Source of the DNA: a bacterium
GTDB lineage: Bacteria; Patescibacteriota; Minisyncoccia; JBBINA01
Assembly: GCA_037444125.1 (NCBI GenBank)
Contig: JBBINA010000004.1
Span: 1,582-65,581, forward strand
DNA length: 64,000 nucleotides
Direction of reading: 5' to 3'
The notes beneath the pieces are model-generated. The model was not told the origin of the DNA. It did no database searches and saw only the letters and a list, made by a program, of their open reading frames with translations. The position numbers were made by a program, and so were the translations under genes. Shown here one piece after another: positions 37,177-47,398 of the stretch (positions within the stretch are counted from its first letter, which is position 1; each line of letters opens with the position of its first letter).

Positions 37177-37191
37177 GTTTTTAGATTAATT

Positions 37192-38334
37192 TTATTTTAA
37201 AGAGATTTCTTGGAAAATATTTTTCAATTTTTTTATTGAAGTTTTCCAAGAAAATCTACTTAAATTTTTAAATCCTTCTGCAATTAACCTTTGACGGAGT
37301 TTTTTGTTAGAAGCCAGTAGTTTTAACGATAAAGCAAGCTCTTCGGTGTTATTAGGGTCGAAAAATAAAGCGCCTTTCCCAGCTATTTCACGGAAAGCAG
37401 GGATATTGGAGGCAGCTATTGGAATTCCACAGCTTTGCGCTTCTAAAATAGGCAAGCCGAAGCCTTCATAAAGTGAAGGAAAAATTAAAGCTTCGGCGCC
37501 TTGATATAAGGCGCTTTTTACTTTGTTTGAGATGAAATCAGTTTGAATTACACTTCTATTAAGCCCGAGTTTTTTAATTTCTTCGGCGATGTTGATAAAT
37601 CTTTTATCTATTTTACCGGCAAGGATTAGCTTAAATTCGGGATTTTTTTTTGAAAAAATTTTGAAACTTTCTAGTAGTCTTGGGAGGTTTTTTCTTGGTT
37701 TACTAGCGCCGATATTGAGAAAGAACGGCGTTCCTTTGGTATATTTATTCTTTACTTTTTTGATGAAATCCTGACTTACTTGAGGTAATTTTGGTGTTGC
37801 TCCGTAGATAACCTCGATTTTTTGAGGTTTTATTTGATAAAGCTGTTCTAATTCTTTTTTGGCAAATTTGGAAACAGTTACGATTTTATGAGCAATAATT
37901 TTGGCTGCAATAGTGAAGAGATGCAACCATAATCTTCCTAGAGATTTTCCTTCATTTGAGAAACGTCTGAAAGCGCAATCGTGAATAGTGACTATATTTC
38001 TTTTGCCATATAATATTGGAAAGAGCGGCGTTGGCGAAAAAACAATATCAATTGGCGTTTTTTTAAAAAGGTAAGGAAAAAAGAGTTGTCCTAAAGAATA
38101 ATTAATGAAGCGGCGATTGTAAGGAAAGCAATTCGGCAGTTTAATTATTTCAGCGTTTAAGAATTTCTGGAAGTTAACAAGTTTTAGTTGTGGGTTGGTT
38201 ACAACAATAATCTTCCACTTGTTTGGTGTCTCTTTGGTTTTTGCCATTAATTCAAGCAAAACATTTTCAATATAGACTTCTTGGCCTTGATATCCTGATA
38301 GAGCTAATAAATTAAAAACAATAGTCATAGTCAT
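37192..38334 (-). CDS. Glycosyltransferase family 4
   Basis: TIHD, PRKNL and YEGFGLPILEA motifs. Confidence 0.92.
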   Translation of the reverse strand: MTMTIVFNLLALSGYQGQEVYIENVLLELMAKTKETPNKWKIIVVTNPQLKLVNFQKFLNAEIIKLPNCFPYNRRFINYSLGQLFFPYLFKKTPIDIVFSPTPLFPILYGKRNIVTIHDCAFRRFSNEGKSLGRLWLHLFTIAAKIIAHKIVTVSKFAKKELEQLYQIKPQKIEVIYGATPKLPQVSQDFIKKVKNKYTKGTPFFLNIGASKPRKNLPRLLESFKIFSKKNPEFKLILAGKIDKRFINIAEEIKKLGLNRSVIQTDFISNKVKSALYQGAEALIFPSLYEGFGLPILEAQSCGIPIAASNIPAFREIAGKGALFFDPNNTEELALSLKLLASNKKLRQRLIAEGFKNLSRFSWKTSIKKLKNIFQEISLK

Positions 38335-38401
38335 AAGGAATTATTTTTGAAAAATCGAATTATTCACTGCTTTTAGCGGAAGTTATGGAAGGACGAATAA
38401 T

Positions 38402-40570
38402 TTAATTTTTTGTCATTAGGCACCAGAAATACGCGCATCTATTAAGTTTAAAATTGTTTTTGGCAAAAAGATCGATTTCGTTTATATAAAACTGACCGAG
38501 TTGCCAGCTAAACACAAGAGCGAATTTTGTTTTTGGGCTATCGAGACATTGAGGAGACATAGTCGTCTTTTTTTCTATATACCATTGGGTTATTCCAGTA
38601 AATCCTAAACCGAAGTTGTTGCGACTAAGACATAATTCACCAGATTGAATTTGTGGTTTTAGTTCTTTTAAAAGGTTGATATCTTGGTGGCCCAAAATCA
38701 GGAGTTTATTATAAAAAAAATCGAGTTTTTTTGAAGTTAAAGTCAATCCGTAACCTAAAATTATTAAACCAACGACAGATAAAATTGGCTTGAAAAATAC
38801 GCTTTTAGTTTTGTTTATTAGGAAATTGTAGGTGGTTGATAAACATATTGCTCCTGTTACGCCGATTATCGGCAAGAGGTATATTACGCCAAAGGGATGC
38901 GTTGACCATTGATAAAAAACTATGAAATTGAGTAGCGGCATTAAAATTAAGGGCAAAATTAGGCGTAAAGAGGCATTGTTCTTTAATTTTTGTAGATAAA
39001 TTAATAAACCACAGGCAGAGATGGTTAAAAATAACCACGTGGCATGAAGTTTAAGTAGCCAATATATTCTTGTAAGCCATGGACCAAAAGCACTGCGCCC
39101 AGTTCTTATCAAAAAAGCGTTTTTAAGCGTATCAAAAACTGAAGGGCCATTAAGTATATAAAAATGAACTAGATTTAATATAAATACAAGAGACATTAAA
39201 ATAGCAGTGAATATAGCTATTTTTATTCTTTCCAGTTTAGATAACTGAGGCGGAGGAAAAAGTATTAAAAGAATTATGATTGCAAGCGGCATAAAATAAT
39301 AAAACCAACCCATTAAGCCGCCAAAGATAATTGATAAATAAAATAATATAAGATAGATAACCTTTCTGTTATAAAGATAAAAAATAAATAAGGAAAAAGA
39401 AAACAGTGCCGATGGCAAGCTAAAAACCGCTAGTTCAAAAGTTTGGCCGTAATAAATAGTTCCAGGCAAAATAGCGAAAATCAAGGTAGCTAAAAACGAT
39501 AATAAAAAATTCCTGAATAATTTTTTAAGCGCAAAAAAGAAAATTATGACACTTAATAACAACATTATAAGTGGTCCTAAACGAGTTGTTGCCTCGCTTT
39601 TACCAAAGAATTTATAGAGAAAACTGGTTGGCAAGAGAAAAAAGCTAGGGTGATTGGTATAAAATGTTATTTTTTCATCAGTTAAGTTATCTATCCATTG
39701 AGGATAGTTGCCAAATTTCATTTTTAGATAGCCATATTTCTGTAAGTTCCATGCGGCTAAACCATTATCTCCGTTTGTATCGGCTGTAACGCTAATAAAG
39801 GGATTAGAAATATATTTTAATGAAAAAGAAAGATTCGCTGTTATTATTATTAGCAGGGCTATTAAAGGCAAGGAGCGTTTTAATAAGAATTGTCTTGAGG
39901 TTGGGTTGCTGATGGCAAGCTTTATAAGAAAAAAAAGGTTTTTTAAGCCGTGTTTGATTGGTAATAGTTTAGAATCGCCTTGACGAGGGTGATAAGGTAT
40001 CTGATATTCGCGAAAACGAAGATACGGTTGTAAAATGGTTTTCAATTTAATTTCTTCAGAGATTGGCATATCGTTGCTGATAAGTTTAATTTTTTTGAGT
40101 AGGTGACGTTTAAATACCCACATTCCTGATTGTGAGTCTTTGAGATTTGTCCCAAAAAGCGCATTGGCGAAGAGAGTTAAAATATAATTGCCTATTTTCC
40201 GAGTAGGGGGGAGCGCTTTGGTATTTTCCAAGGGAAAACGACAGCCCGAAACGAAATCAAGGTTATTCTTAACCAAAAAATCAGTTATTTCTATAATTTT
40301 TTCAGCTGGATATTGACCATCGCCGTCAAGCACGGCTATTATTTCGCCTTTAGCTTCTTTTAGTCCGCGCTTAATGGCATATCCATATCCTTGTTGCGCT
40401 TCAAAAAAAACTTTAGCTCCACAACTCTTAGCGATTTTAGCGGTTTTGTCGTTAGAATTATTATCAACCACAATAATTTCTAAAATATTTTTAGAAGCTG
40501 GAATTGCTTTAATTGTATTTTTTATTGTTTTTTCTTCGTTGTGGCAGGGAATAATAACCGATATTTTCAT
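38402..40570 (-). CDS. Fusion of GT2 polyprenyl-phosphate glycosyltransferase (DPM synthase-like) and a GT-C (PMT/ArnT-like) membrane domain
   Basis: N-terminal IIPCHNEE, VDNNS, DGDGQY, DSQSG, R.GDSKL; C-terminal multi-TM part with YTNHP and FGKSEATTR. Confidence 0.85.
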   Translation of the reverse strand: MKISVIIPCHNEEKTIKNTIKAIPASKNILEIIVVDNNSNDKTAKIAKSCGAKVFFEAQQGYGYAIKRGLKEAKGEIIAVLDGDGQYPAEKIIEITDFLVKNNLDFVSGCRFPLENTKALPPTRKIGNYILTLFANALFGTNLKDSQSGMWVFKRHLLKKIKLISNDMPISEEIKLKTILQPYLRFREYQIPYHPRQGDSKLLPIKHGLKNLFFLIKLAISNPTSRQFLLKRSLPLIALLIIITANLSFSLKYISNPFISVTADTNGDNGLAAWNLQKYGYLKMKFGNYPQWIDNLTDEKITFYTNHPSFFLLPTSFLYKFFGKSEATTRLGPLIMLLLSVIIFFFALKKLFRNFLLSFLATLIFAILPGTIYYGQTFELAVFSLPSALFSFSLFIFYLYNRKVIYLILFYLSIIFGGLMGWFYYFMPLAIIILLILFPPPQLSKLERIKIAIFTAILMSLVFILNLVHFYILNGPSVFDTLKNAFLIRTGRSAFGPWLTRIYWLLKLHATWLFLTISACGLLIYLQKLKNNASLRLILPLILMPLLNFIVFYQWSTHPFGVIYLLPIIGVTGAICLSTTYNFLINKTKSVFFKPILSVVGLIILGYGLTLTSKKLDFFYNKLLILGHQDINLLKELKPQIQSGELCLSRNNFGLGFTGITQWYIEKKTTMSPQCLDSPKTKFALVFSWQLGQFYINEIDLFAKNNFKLNRCAYFWCLMTKN

Positions 40571-41895
40571 AACAATGTTTTTAAAACGGCACCTAAAGTT
40601 TTAAAAATGATTTCTAGATCAAGAAAAAGGTTGCGGTTTTTAATATAATAGAGGTCGTATTTTGTTTTTTCAATATTATCAGCAAGATTTCTGGCATAAT
40701 GATAATTTATCTGAGCCCAACCAACGATTCCCGGTTTAACAGAATGTCTTAAAGAGTAAAGCATAACTTTATTTTCATATTCTTTAACAATAGAAGGTTG
40801 TTCTGGTCTTGGACCTACGAGTGATAGCTCGCCTTTTAAAAGGTTTAGACATTGAGGTATTTCGTCAAGATGGAGTTTTCTTAGAAAGCGTCCAGCTTTT
40901 GTAATGCGACTATCATTTTCCTCGGTAGTTAATGGTCCTACATTTTGCGCGTTTGATATCATGGTACGGAATTTGTAGATTTGAAAGACTTTTCCTTTAA
41001 AGCCAACTCTATCTTGTTTATAAAAAATGCTCCCGCCATCGTCAAGTTTTATTAATAGAAAAATAGCCGGATATATAATTACCATAACGACAAATCCAAT
41101 TATCCCGCAGAGAAAATCAATAATTGTTTTTATGGTATTGTAAAAGGGTTTTTTTTGAACCAGATCTTTTAGAATGATTTGTGGGGGCGTATGCTCAATT
41201 TCAATTTTTTGGAAAATAAGTTCATAGAACTCAGCGACTGATTGTATAGTAACGGCATAATTCAAAGCTAAATTTTCCAAAATTTTTTGCATATTTTTAG
41301 TCAAAGGTAGGGCGTAGATAATATAGTAAAGACCTATTTTTTCAATAAGTTGAGTTAGTTTATAGATGTCTTGAGATTGAGGTTTAAGTGAGAAAATTTT
41401 TAAAGTTGATGACGTTTTTTTTAGTTCATTTATAATTTTTTGGGTTAAGAGGGTATCATTGTTTTCTATTATGGCAATGGGTTGTATAACTTTCCATCTT
41501 TTGAAAAGTTTTATAATTAGCACCCTACTACCATAAATTAAGAACCATAAGAAAAACGATTGTATAATAAGGAGAGTTTTAGGTGCTATTTTAAAGAAAG
41601 GTATAAGGTAGAAGATTAGTATTGCAAAAAGCAAATAATAGACTATACTATTAAAAGTTATAAGAAATAAGTTGAAATTAAGGCGAAGATAGTAAATTTT
41701 ATAAAGGTCAAGCAATTTGAGAATAATGATAAAAAGTGGCACTAGCAGACTGAAATAGATTAAATGGTTGGTTATATACTCGCTTTCGAAAGCCTGGCGC
41801 CGTAGAATTAAGGCAATAACAAGAGTTATAAAAAAAGCTGCAATATCCGTTATGATTAATAGTGGCAGTGAAAATTTTTTAAGGAAAAAATGCAT
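40567..41895 (-). CDS. Priming phosphoglycosyl transferase (WbaP/WcaJ family)
   Basis: YKFRTM, GRFLRKLHLDEIPQ, LVGPRPE, KPGIVGWAQ and YDLYYIKN motifs. Confidence 0.93.
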   Translation of the reverse strand: MHFFLKKFSLPLLIITDIAAFFITLVIALILRRQAFESEYITNHLIYFSLLVPLFIIILKLLDLYKIYYLRLNFNLFLITFNSIVYYLLFAILIFYLIPFFKIAPKTLLIIQSFFLWFLIYGSRVLIIKLFKRWKVIQPIAIIENNDTLLTQKIINELKKTSSTLKIFSLKPQSQDIYKLTQLIEKIGLYYIIYALPLTKNMQKILENLALNYAVTIQSVAEFYELIFQKIEIEHTPPQIILKDLVQKKPFYNTIKTIIDFLCGIIGFVVMVIIYPAIFLLIKLDDGGSIFYKQDRVGFKGKVFQIYKFRTMISNAQNVGPLTTEENDSRITKAGRFLRKLHLDEIPQCLNLLKGELSLVGPRPEQPSIVKEYENKVMLYSLRHSVKPGIVGWAQINYHYARNLADNIEKTKYDLYYIKNRNLFLDLEIIFKTLGAVLKTLL

Positions 41896-41920
41896 TTTTA
41901 ATCTTTAAACATAATTTTCT

Positions 41921-43978
41921 ATGATTAGAGAGGAATTGTATAAGAAGGCAGTTGTTTATTTGGTAGGGCTATTATGTTTATTAACTCCTTCAATCGCAAT
42001 ACCGCGATATTTCTTTCCTTTTATATTTCCAAAAATCATTTTTGCCTCTTTTGTTATCCAAGTAATTTTTATTGTTTATCTAGTCTATGTTATAAACCAA
42101 AAAAAACTGGAATTCAATTTAAAAAAAGCAGTTATTTTGTTCTTGTTTTATGTGATTTGGATAATGGTTTCGATATTTTTGGGCGTTGATTCGTACAATA
42201 GTTTGTGGGGCAACGCCGAACGAATGGAAGGTTTTTATTTTTTGTTTAATTTCTTTTTACTTTTTTTAATATTATCTCAAATTTTTTATGAGGAAATCGT
42301 TAGGATTATTATTTTGCGGTTTTTCTTATTTGGTAGCTTGTTGACTTTTATCTACGCCCTTTTGCAATTGGCTAAAGTTAATAGCAGTTTAATTTTGCAA
42401 GACGCTATGCCTTTTTCTTCATCTCTGGGCAATCCGGCGCTTTTTGCCACTTATCTTATTTTCCCTTTTTGGTTTGCTATTTATCTTTGGGTTATTGATA
42501 AAAATAAACAGTGGCGAATTTTTTATATAACTGTAGCCTTATTATCCTTCATATTTGCTTTTTCTACTCAATCAAGGGCTACTTTTTTTGGTATTTTGAT
42601 AGGTTTAGTTGTTTCTGCGGTCCTATTTTCATTTACTTTCTCAAACCGAAATATTCGCAAATATTTGTTCGGTTTTTGTCTGACTGTTTTCTTTTTACTT
42701 GTTTTTACTTTCTTGTTTAGAAATAGCGATTTTATTAAAAAAATACCGATGATTTCGGATATTGCTGCTATTGGATTTAATGATAGAACGACTGCTTCGC
42801 GAATTGTCAGCGCTAAAATTTCATTAGTCGGCCTAAAAGAACGGCCTGTTTTTGGCTGGGGCCACAATAATTTCTTTTATCTTTATGCTAAGTATTATGA
42901 CCCCCAAAATCTAACTAATGATCCTCAGTTTTTTGATAAGCCGCATAATAAATATTTTGAGGTTTTAACAGAAACAGGCATTATTGGTTTAATTTTATAT
43001 TTAGTATTTATAGGCTATTTAATTAAAGTGCTTTGGCGTGATTTATCGCCAGTTACTATTGTAATTTTAGGTATGTTGGTTTCTTATCTTTTTCAAAACA
43101 TTTTTATTTTTGATACGCCCTCAACTTATGTTGGTTTGACGATATTATTAGCTTTGGTAGCTATTTACGATAAAACCTACAAAACTTTGATTTTCCCAAT
43201 TAAAAAAACTACGCAACTAGCTAGTGGTGTTGTTATTGTTTTTTGTGTGGTTTATATTTTATCACTTTTTTATTATTTAGGTATGAACGCTCAATCTATC
43301 AAGATTCTTGCAGTTGTTCCGCAAAAAATTAACGAGCCAAAGATTATTGAGCAAGTCTTAAATAATTTTTTTGGGCGACAGACTTTTTTAAACCGCGAAA
43401 TTTTGATTAACCTAGCTAATCAAATAAGCGTTCAAGTTCAGCCAACTAGTCAGAATGTAGAATCCTTAAAGGCAATATATGAAGAGCTAAAATATGACTT
43501 TGATAAAAGACCGAATAATTATCGTTTGGGTGTAAGTCTTCTTAAAATACTAAGTATGCTTTCCTTAGCTGATAAAGCTTATGCCGATTTATACATTCAA
43601 TATATGCCTAAAGTTATAGAGCTTGCCCCTGGGCGTCCCGAGGGTTACTATGAGAACGGTTTGTTTTTCTTTAGAACAGGTGATATTAATAAAGCCAAAG
43701 AAGAGTATCTTAAGGCAATTAATCTGAATCAAAAGTATGTACCGCCTTTGTGGTATTTGGGGGTTGTTTTGTTCCTTGCTGAGGATTATAATGAATCAAA
43801 AGTTTATCTTGAAAAAGCACTTGAAAAAGGTTTTAATTATAAGAGCACGCAAGGATTAGCAGTTTTAGTTGAACTTTATGTTAAACTAAATGATCTAGAG
43901 AAAGCTGGCAGATACCTTGATGAGGCTAAAAAGTTATTCCCCGAAGCCTTTAAAAACGTGGTTTTGCCGAAAAAGTAA
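41921..43978 (+). CDS. O-antigen ligase / O-oligosaccharyltransferase (Wzy_C) family protein with C-terminal TPRs
   Basis: SSLGNP, TQSRA, R...PVFGWG and FDKPHN...ETGIIG motifs; TPR-like helices at the C-terminus. Confidence 0.88.
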   Translation: MIREELYKKAVVYLVGLLCLLTPSIAIPRYFFPFIFPKIIFASFVIQVIFIVYLVYVINQKKLEFNLKKAVILFLFYVIWIMVSIFLGVDSYNSLWGNAERMEGFYFLFNFFLLFLILSQIFYEEIVRIIILRFFLFGSLLTFIYALLQLAKVNSSLILQDAMPFSSSLGNPALFATYLIFPFWFAIYLWVIDKNKQWRIFYITVALLSFIFAFSTQSRATFFGILIGLVVSAVLFSFTFSNRNIRKYLFGFCLTVFFLLVFTFLFRNSDFIKKIPMISDIAAIGFNDRTTASRIVSAKISLVGLKERPVFGWGHNNFFYLYAKYYDPQNLTNDPQFFDKPHNKYFEVLTETGIIGLILYLVFIGYLIKVLWRDLSPVTIVILGMLVSYLFQNIFIFDTPSTYVGLTILLALVAIYDKTYKTLIFPIKKTTQLASGVVIVFCVVYILSLFYYLGMNAQSIKILAVVPQKINEPKIIEQVLNNFFGRQTFLNREILINLANQISVQVQPTSQNVESLKAIYEELKYDFDKRPNNYRLGVSLLKILSMLSLADKAYADLYIQYMPKVIELAPGRPEGYYENGLFFFRTGDINKAKEEYLKAINLNQKYVPPLWYLGVVLFLAEDYNESKVYLEKALEKGFNYKSTQGLAVLVELYVKLNDLEKAGRYLDEAKKLFPEAFKNVVLPKK

Positions 43979-44038
43979 AATCAATACTAAATTTTATATT
44001 TTACTTTGAGATTTAATTTCTAAATTATCAATAAAAAT

Positions 44039-44341
44039 ATGGGATTGTTTTCCAACATATTTACTAAATTTGCAGCCTATAAACTTCAAAAAGAATTAAA
44101 AAAACTTGGCTATTCAGAGAAGGATTTAAATATTGACCCTAAAAAGCTTTCTATTGAGAAGATTCAGAAATTTAAAGCTATTTTTGATAAGTTTTTAGCC
44201 GATAACCCCCATCTTAAACACCTTAAAGACGAGCTTAACAAAGACGACCCTGAATTATTGATAAAACATAAACAGGAAATAGAAAGATGGCTTCAAAAAA
44301 ACCGTAAAGAAATTAAAGCATTACTCGAGGAACTTCGTTGA
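44039..44341 (+). CDS. Hypothetical protein (100 aa)
   Basis: Clean ATG-started ORF filling the gap; helical, charged composition. Confidence 0.65.
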   Translation: MGLFSNIFTKFAAYKLQKELKKLGYSEKDLNIDPKKLSIEKIQKFKAIFDKFLADNPHLKHLKDELNKDDPELLIKHKQEIERWLQKNRKEIKALLEELR

Positions 44342-45769
44342 GTTAATGGCTTCTATTAGTTTATGTTTTAAAGCTTTTGGATCAATTTTGCCTCTAGCTA
44401 GTTTCATGCCTTGGCCAATTAAGAACTGCAACACTTTTTCATTGCCGGCTAAATAGCTTTTAACCACTTGACTGTTATTAGTAATAACTTCTTTTACTAT
44501 TTCCTGAATATGAGTTGATGAAGCGCGATTATCAAGTCCGTATTTTTTAATTAAATCAGTGACTTCCAGGCCTTCAAAATATTGATCTTTAATCAGATTT
44601 TTTGCCATAATATTATTTATTTTGTTCAAATGATACAATTCAATTATTTTAAGAAATTCCTCGAGGATGAATTTAGACTTTTTGACTTCACGTTCGTGTA
44701 TTAAATTTAGAAGTATACTTGAGCCAAAGTTGATGGCGCTTTGTATAATTTCTTGAGCTTTGTTTTTAAACATTGTTTGGGCTTTTGCTTCGATTTGTTC
44801 AAAGATTTCTGCCAAATTTTTGTTAGAAAAAATAACTTCAACTATCTGTTCGTTCAAGTTGTATTTAGTTTTGAGGTTATTTTTTATATCTTGAGGCATT
44901 TTTTTGAGGTTCTTTTTAATGCTTTCAATCCATTCGTCAGAGATTACTAGCGGTGGTATATCTGGTTCTCTAAAATAGCGATAGTCATCGGATTCTTCCT
45001 TAACTCTTTGTGGTATCGTTTTTTTAATGTTTTCGTTCCAACCTCTTGTTTCTTGAGCTATTTTTTTATTGTTCTTAATAAGCTGGGTTTGACGTTTAAT
45101 TTCATAGTTGATAGATTCTTTAAGCGATTTAAATGAATTTAGATTTTTTACTTCTACTTTAGTGCCAAGGGTATTATTTTTTTTAGAAAGTGAAATGTTC
45201 GCCTCAAGTCTTAAATGACCTTTTTCCATTGAGGCATCTGATATGTTATTAAAAACCAAAATTTCGCGCATTTTTTTGGCAAATTCAAAAGCTTCTTGGG
45301 CGTTGGTGATATCTGGTTCTGTAACAAGCTCTATTAATGGCACGCCAGCTCGATTATAGTCAACTAGAGAATAGTTATTATGGTGGTAAAGTTTGCCCGT
45401 GTCTTCTTCAATGTGTATGCGTTTAATTCTAATCTTTTTGCCATTTGAAAGGGTTATTTTAGCATTTTTAACAATCGGTTTTTGGTATTGTGAGATTTGA
45501 TAACCTTTAGGTAAGTCAGGGTAAAAATAATGTTTGCGTTCAAAAAAGGTGAAACGTTCAATTTCGCCTTCTAGAAGTAATCCCAAAAGTATTACTTTAT
45601 TGACGGCTTCTTTATTGAGTAGTGGCAATGTTCCTGGGTAACCTAGACAAATAGGGCAAACATTTTTATTAGGTTCTTTTTCATCAGGTTCGTTTAAGCA
45701 GCCGCAGAACATTTTAGTTTTTGTTTTGGCTTCAATGTGAATTTCAAGTCCGATATGGGTAAATAGCAT
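44321..45769 (-). CDS. gatB: Asp/Glu-tRNA amidotransferase subunit B
   Basis: IGLEIH, YFYPDLPKGYQISQ, HIEEDTGK, NRAGVPLIE and YRYFREPD motifs. Confidence 0.96.
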   Translation of the reverse strand: MLFTHIGLEIHIEAKTKTKMFCGCLNEPDEKEPNKNVCPICLGYPGTLPLLNKEAVNKVILLGLLLEGEIERFTFFERKHYFYPDLPKGYQISQYQKPIVKNAKITLSNGKKIRIKRIHIEEDTGKLYHHNNYSLVDYNRAGVPLIELVTEPDITNAQEAFEFAKKMREILVFNNISDASMEKGHLRLEANISLSKKNNTLGTKVEVKNLNSFKSLKESINYEIKRQTQLIKNNKKIAQETRGWNENIKKTIPQRVKEESDDYRYFREPDIPPLVISDEWIESIKKNLKKMPQDIKNNLKTKYNLNEQIVEVIFSNKNLAEIFEQIEAKAQTMFKNKAQEIIQSAINFGSSILLNLIHEREVKKSKFILEEFLKIIELYHLNKINNIMAKNLIKDQYFEGLEVTDLIKKYGLDNRASSTHIQEIVKEVITNNSQVVKSYLAGNEKVLQFLIGQGMKLARGKIDPKALKHKLIEAINSTKFLE

Positions 45770-45795
45770 CTAAAAATTAATAAAACTTAGAGATT

Positions 45796-46695
45796 TTATA
45801 TTTTAAGATATTTCCTCATTGCTAAGTATGTGCTAATAATAGCTAGAAGTATACCAATAATAACTTGAGTTATAAAATACCATAAGAAATGACCTGCATA
45901 TTCCTTGTAAGGATCAAAATCAAATAGTATAAAACTATAACGAAGTGAGATAAATTTTAGGATTACAAGCAGAGTTACTGAGCTTAGTATAGCCGAGATG
46001 ATGGCATATATCACAGCCTCGACAAAAAATGGACCTTGGATGAAAAAATTACTTGCACCGACAAGTCGCATAATTTGTATTTCTTCTCTTAAAGAGTAAA
46101 TGGCTAACCTAATGGTATTGAGCGTTACTAAGACTACCAATATCCCTAAAATTAAAGTTATAATGAAACCGCCTTTTTTTAATGAATCAATAAAAGAAGA
46201 GACTCGATTAATAAGATCTTTATTTTGTGAATAATTAATTTTGTCAATAAGTGCTTTATAGTTTTGTTCGACAAATTCATTAAGCGAGGCCAAAAATGTT
46301 GGATCTTTTGTTTTAACTGTTAGTTGTGATAGGTAAGGATTTTCGCCTTCAAGAACCTCTAGGCTTTGTTCAATAATAGGATTTTGAGATGTGCGCGCTT
46401 CTTCATAGATTTTTTCACGTGGTATATAATCAACGCGTGTAATTTGAGGCATTGATTCGAGGTTTCGTTTAAGTTTTAGCACATCGTCTTCATCAACCGC
46501 TTTTTTTAAAGTAATTGTTAAATCAACTTGAGATTTGAGTTTTTCTACTATTTCCCTGATAAGCACGTTAAATATTAAGAGGCTACTTATAGTGATAAGG
46601 GTAAAACTAGTAATCCAAACTGTCGCTTGTGCAATTGCAAGTGTTCTTATAGTGTTTTGTAGGCCATATTTGATTATTCGTAGAAAAGTAATCAA
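45796..46695 (-). CDS. ftsX: Cell division ABC permease FtsX
   Basis: NTIRLAIYSLREEIQIMRLVGAS..FI.GPF..E motif; TTG start. Confidence 0.92.
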   Translation of the reverse strand: MITFLRIIKYGLQNTIRTLAIAQATVWITSFTLITISSLLIFNVLIREIVEKLKSQVDLTITLKKAVDEDDVLKLKRNLESMPQITRVDYIPREKIYEEARTSQNPIIEQSLEVLEGENPYLSQLTVKTKDPTFLASLNEFVEQNYKALIDKINYSQNKDLINRVSSFIDSLKKGGFIITLILGILVVLVTLNTIRLAIYSLREEIQIMRLVGASNFFIQGPFFVEAVIYAIISAILSSVTLLVILKFISLRYSFILFDFDPYKEYAGHFLWYFITQVIIGILLAIISTYLAMRKYLKI

Positions 46696-46717
46696 GTTGG
46701 TAAGTTTAAATTAAAAA

Positions 46718-47398
46718 TTATGCCAATAAGTATTTTCCCTGCTCTTCGTCGCTTATAATAACGCCGTTGTCCAAAGTAACCACTCGTTTGGATAGAGAAT
46801 TAATAACTTCTTTATCGTGAGTTGCAAGAATTACAGTGGTATTTAGTTGATTTATTTTAATCAAAAGATTAATTATTTCCCAGCTGTGAATTGGATCAAG
46901 ATTACCTGTTGGTTCGTCGGCTATTAATATTTTTGGCCTTAGGGCTATAGCTCTACCGATGGCCACTCGTTGCTTTTCGCCGCCAGAAAGCTGATGGGGG
47001 AATTGATCTAGTTTATTTTCAAGTCCGACAATTTGCAGTATTTTTGTTACATCTGATTGAATTTGGTTAAAGGGAATACCAGCGATTTCCATAGCGAAAG
47101 CAATATTTTCAAAAACTGTTTTCCGTGCCAACAGCTTAAAATCTTGAAAAATTATGCCAATTTTTCGTCTATATAGAGGAATTAGTGCTTGAGGTAGCTT
47201 GTTAATGTTTTCGTTATCAACGAAGATTTCGCCTTCACTTGGTTTTTCTTCTCCGATGAGAAGTTTTATAATAGTAGATTTACCAGCTCCAGACCTGCCG
47301 GTTATTGAAACAAATTCGGAATCGTTAATTTTTAAATTTATGTTTTTGAGCGCAAAAGTTGAGTTATACTTCTTATGGACATTCGAAAAAATTATCAT
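46718..47398 (-). CDS. ftsE: Cell division ATP-binding protein FtsE
   Basis: [26 protein letters not shown] and ADEPTGNLD motifs; prfB-ftsE-ftsX order. Confidence 0.93.
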   Translation of the reverse strand: MIIFSNVHKKYNSTFALKNINLKINDSEFVSITGRSGAGKSTIIKLLIGEEKPSEGEIFVDNENINKLPQALIPLYRRKIGIIFQDFKLLARKTVFENIAFAMEIAGIPFNQIQSDVTKILQIVGLENKLDQFPHQLSGGEKQRVAIGRAIALRPKILIADEPTGNLDPIHSWEIINLLIKINQLNTTVILATHDKEVINSLSKRVVTLDNGVIISDEEQGKYLLA

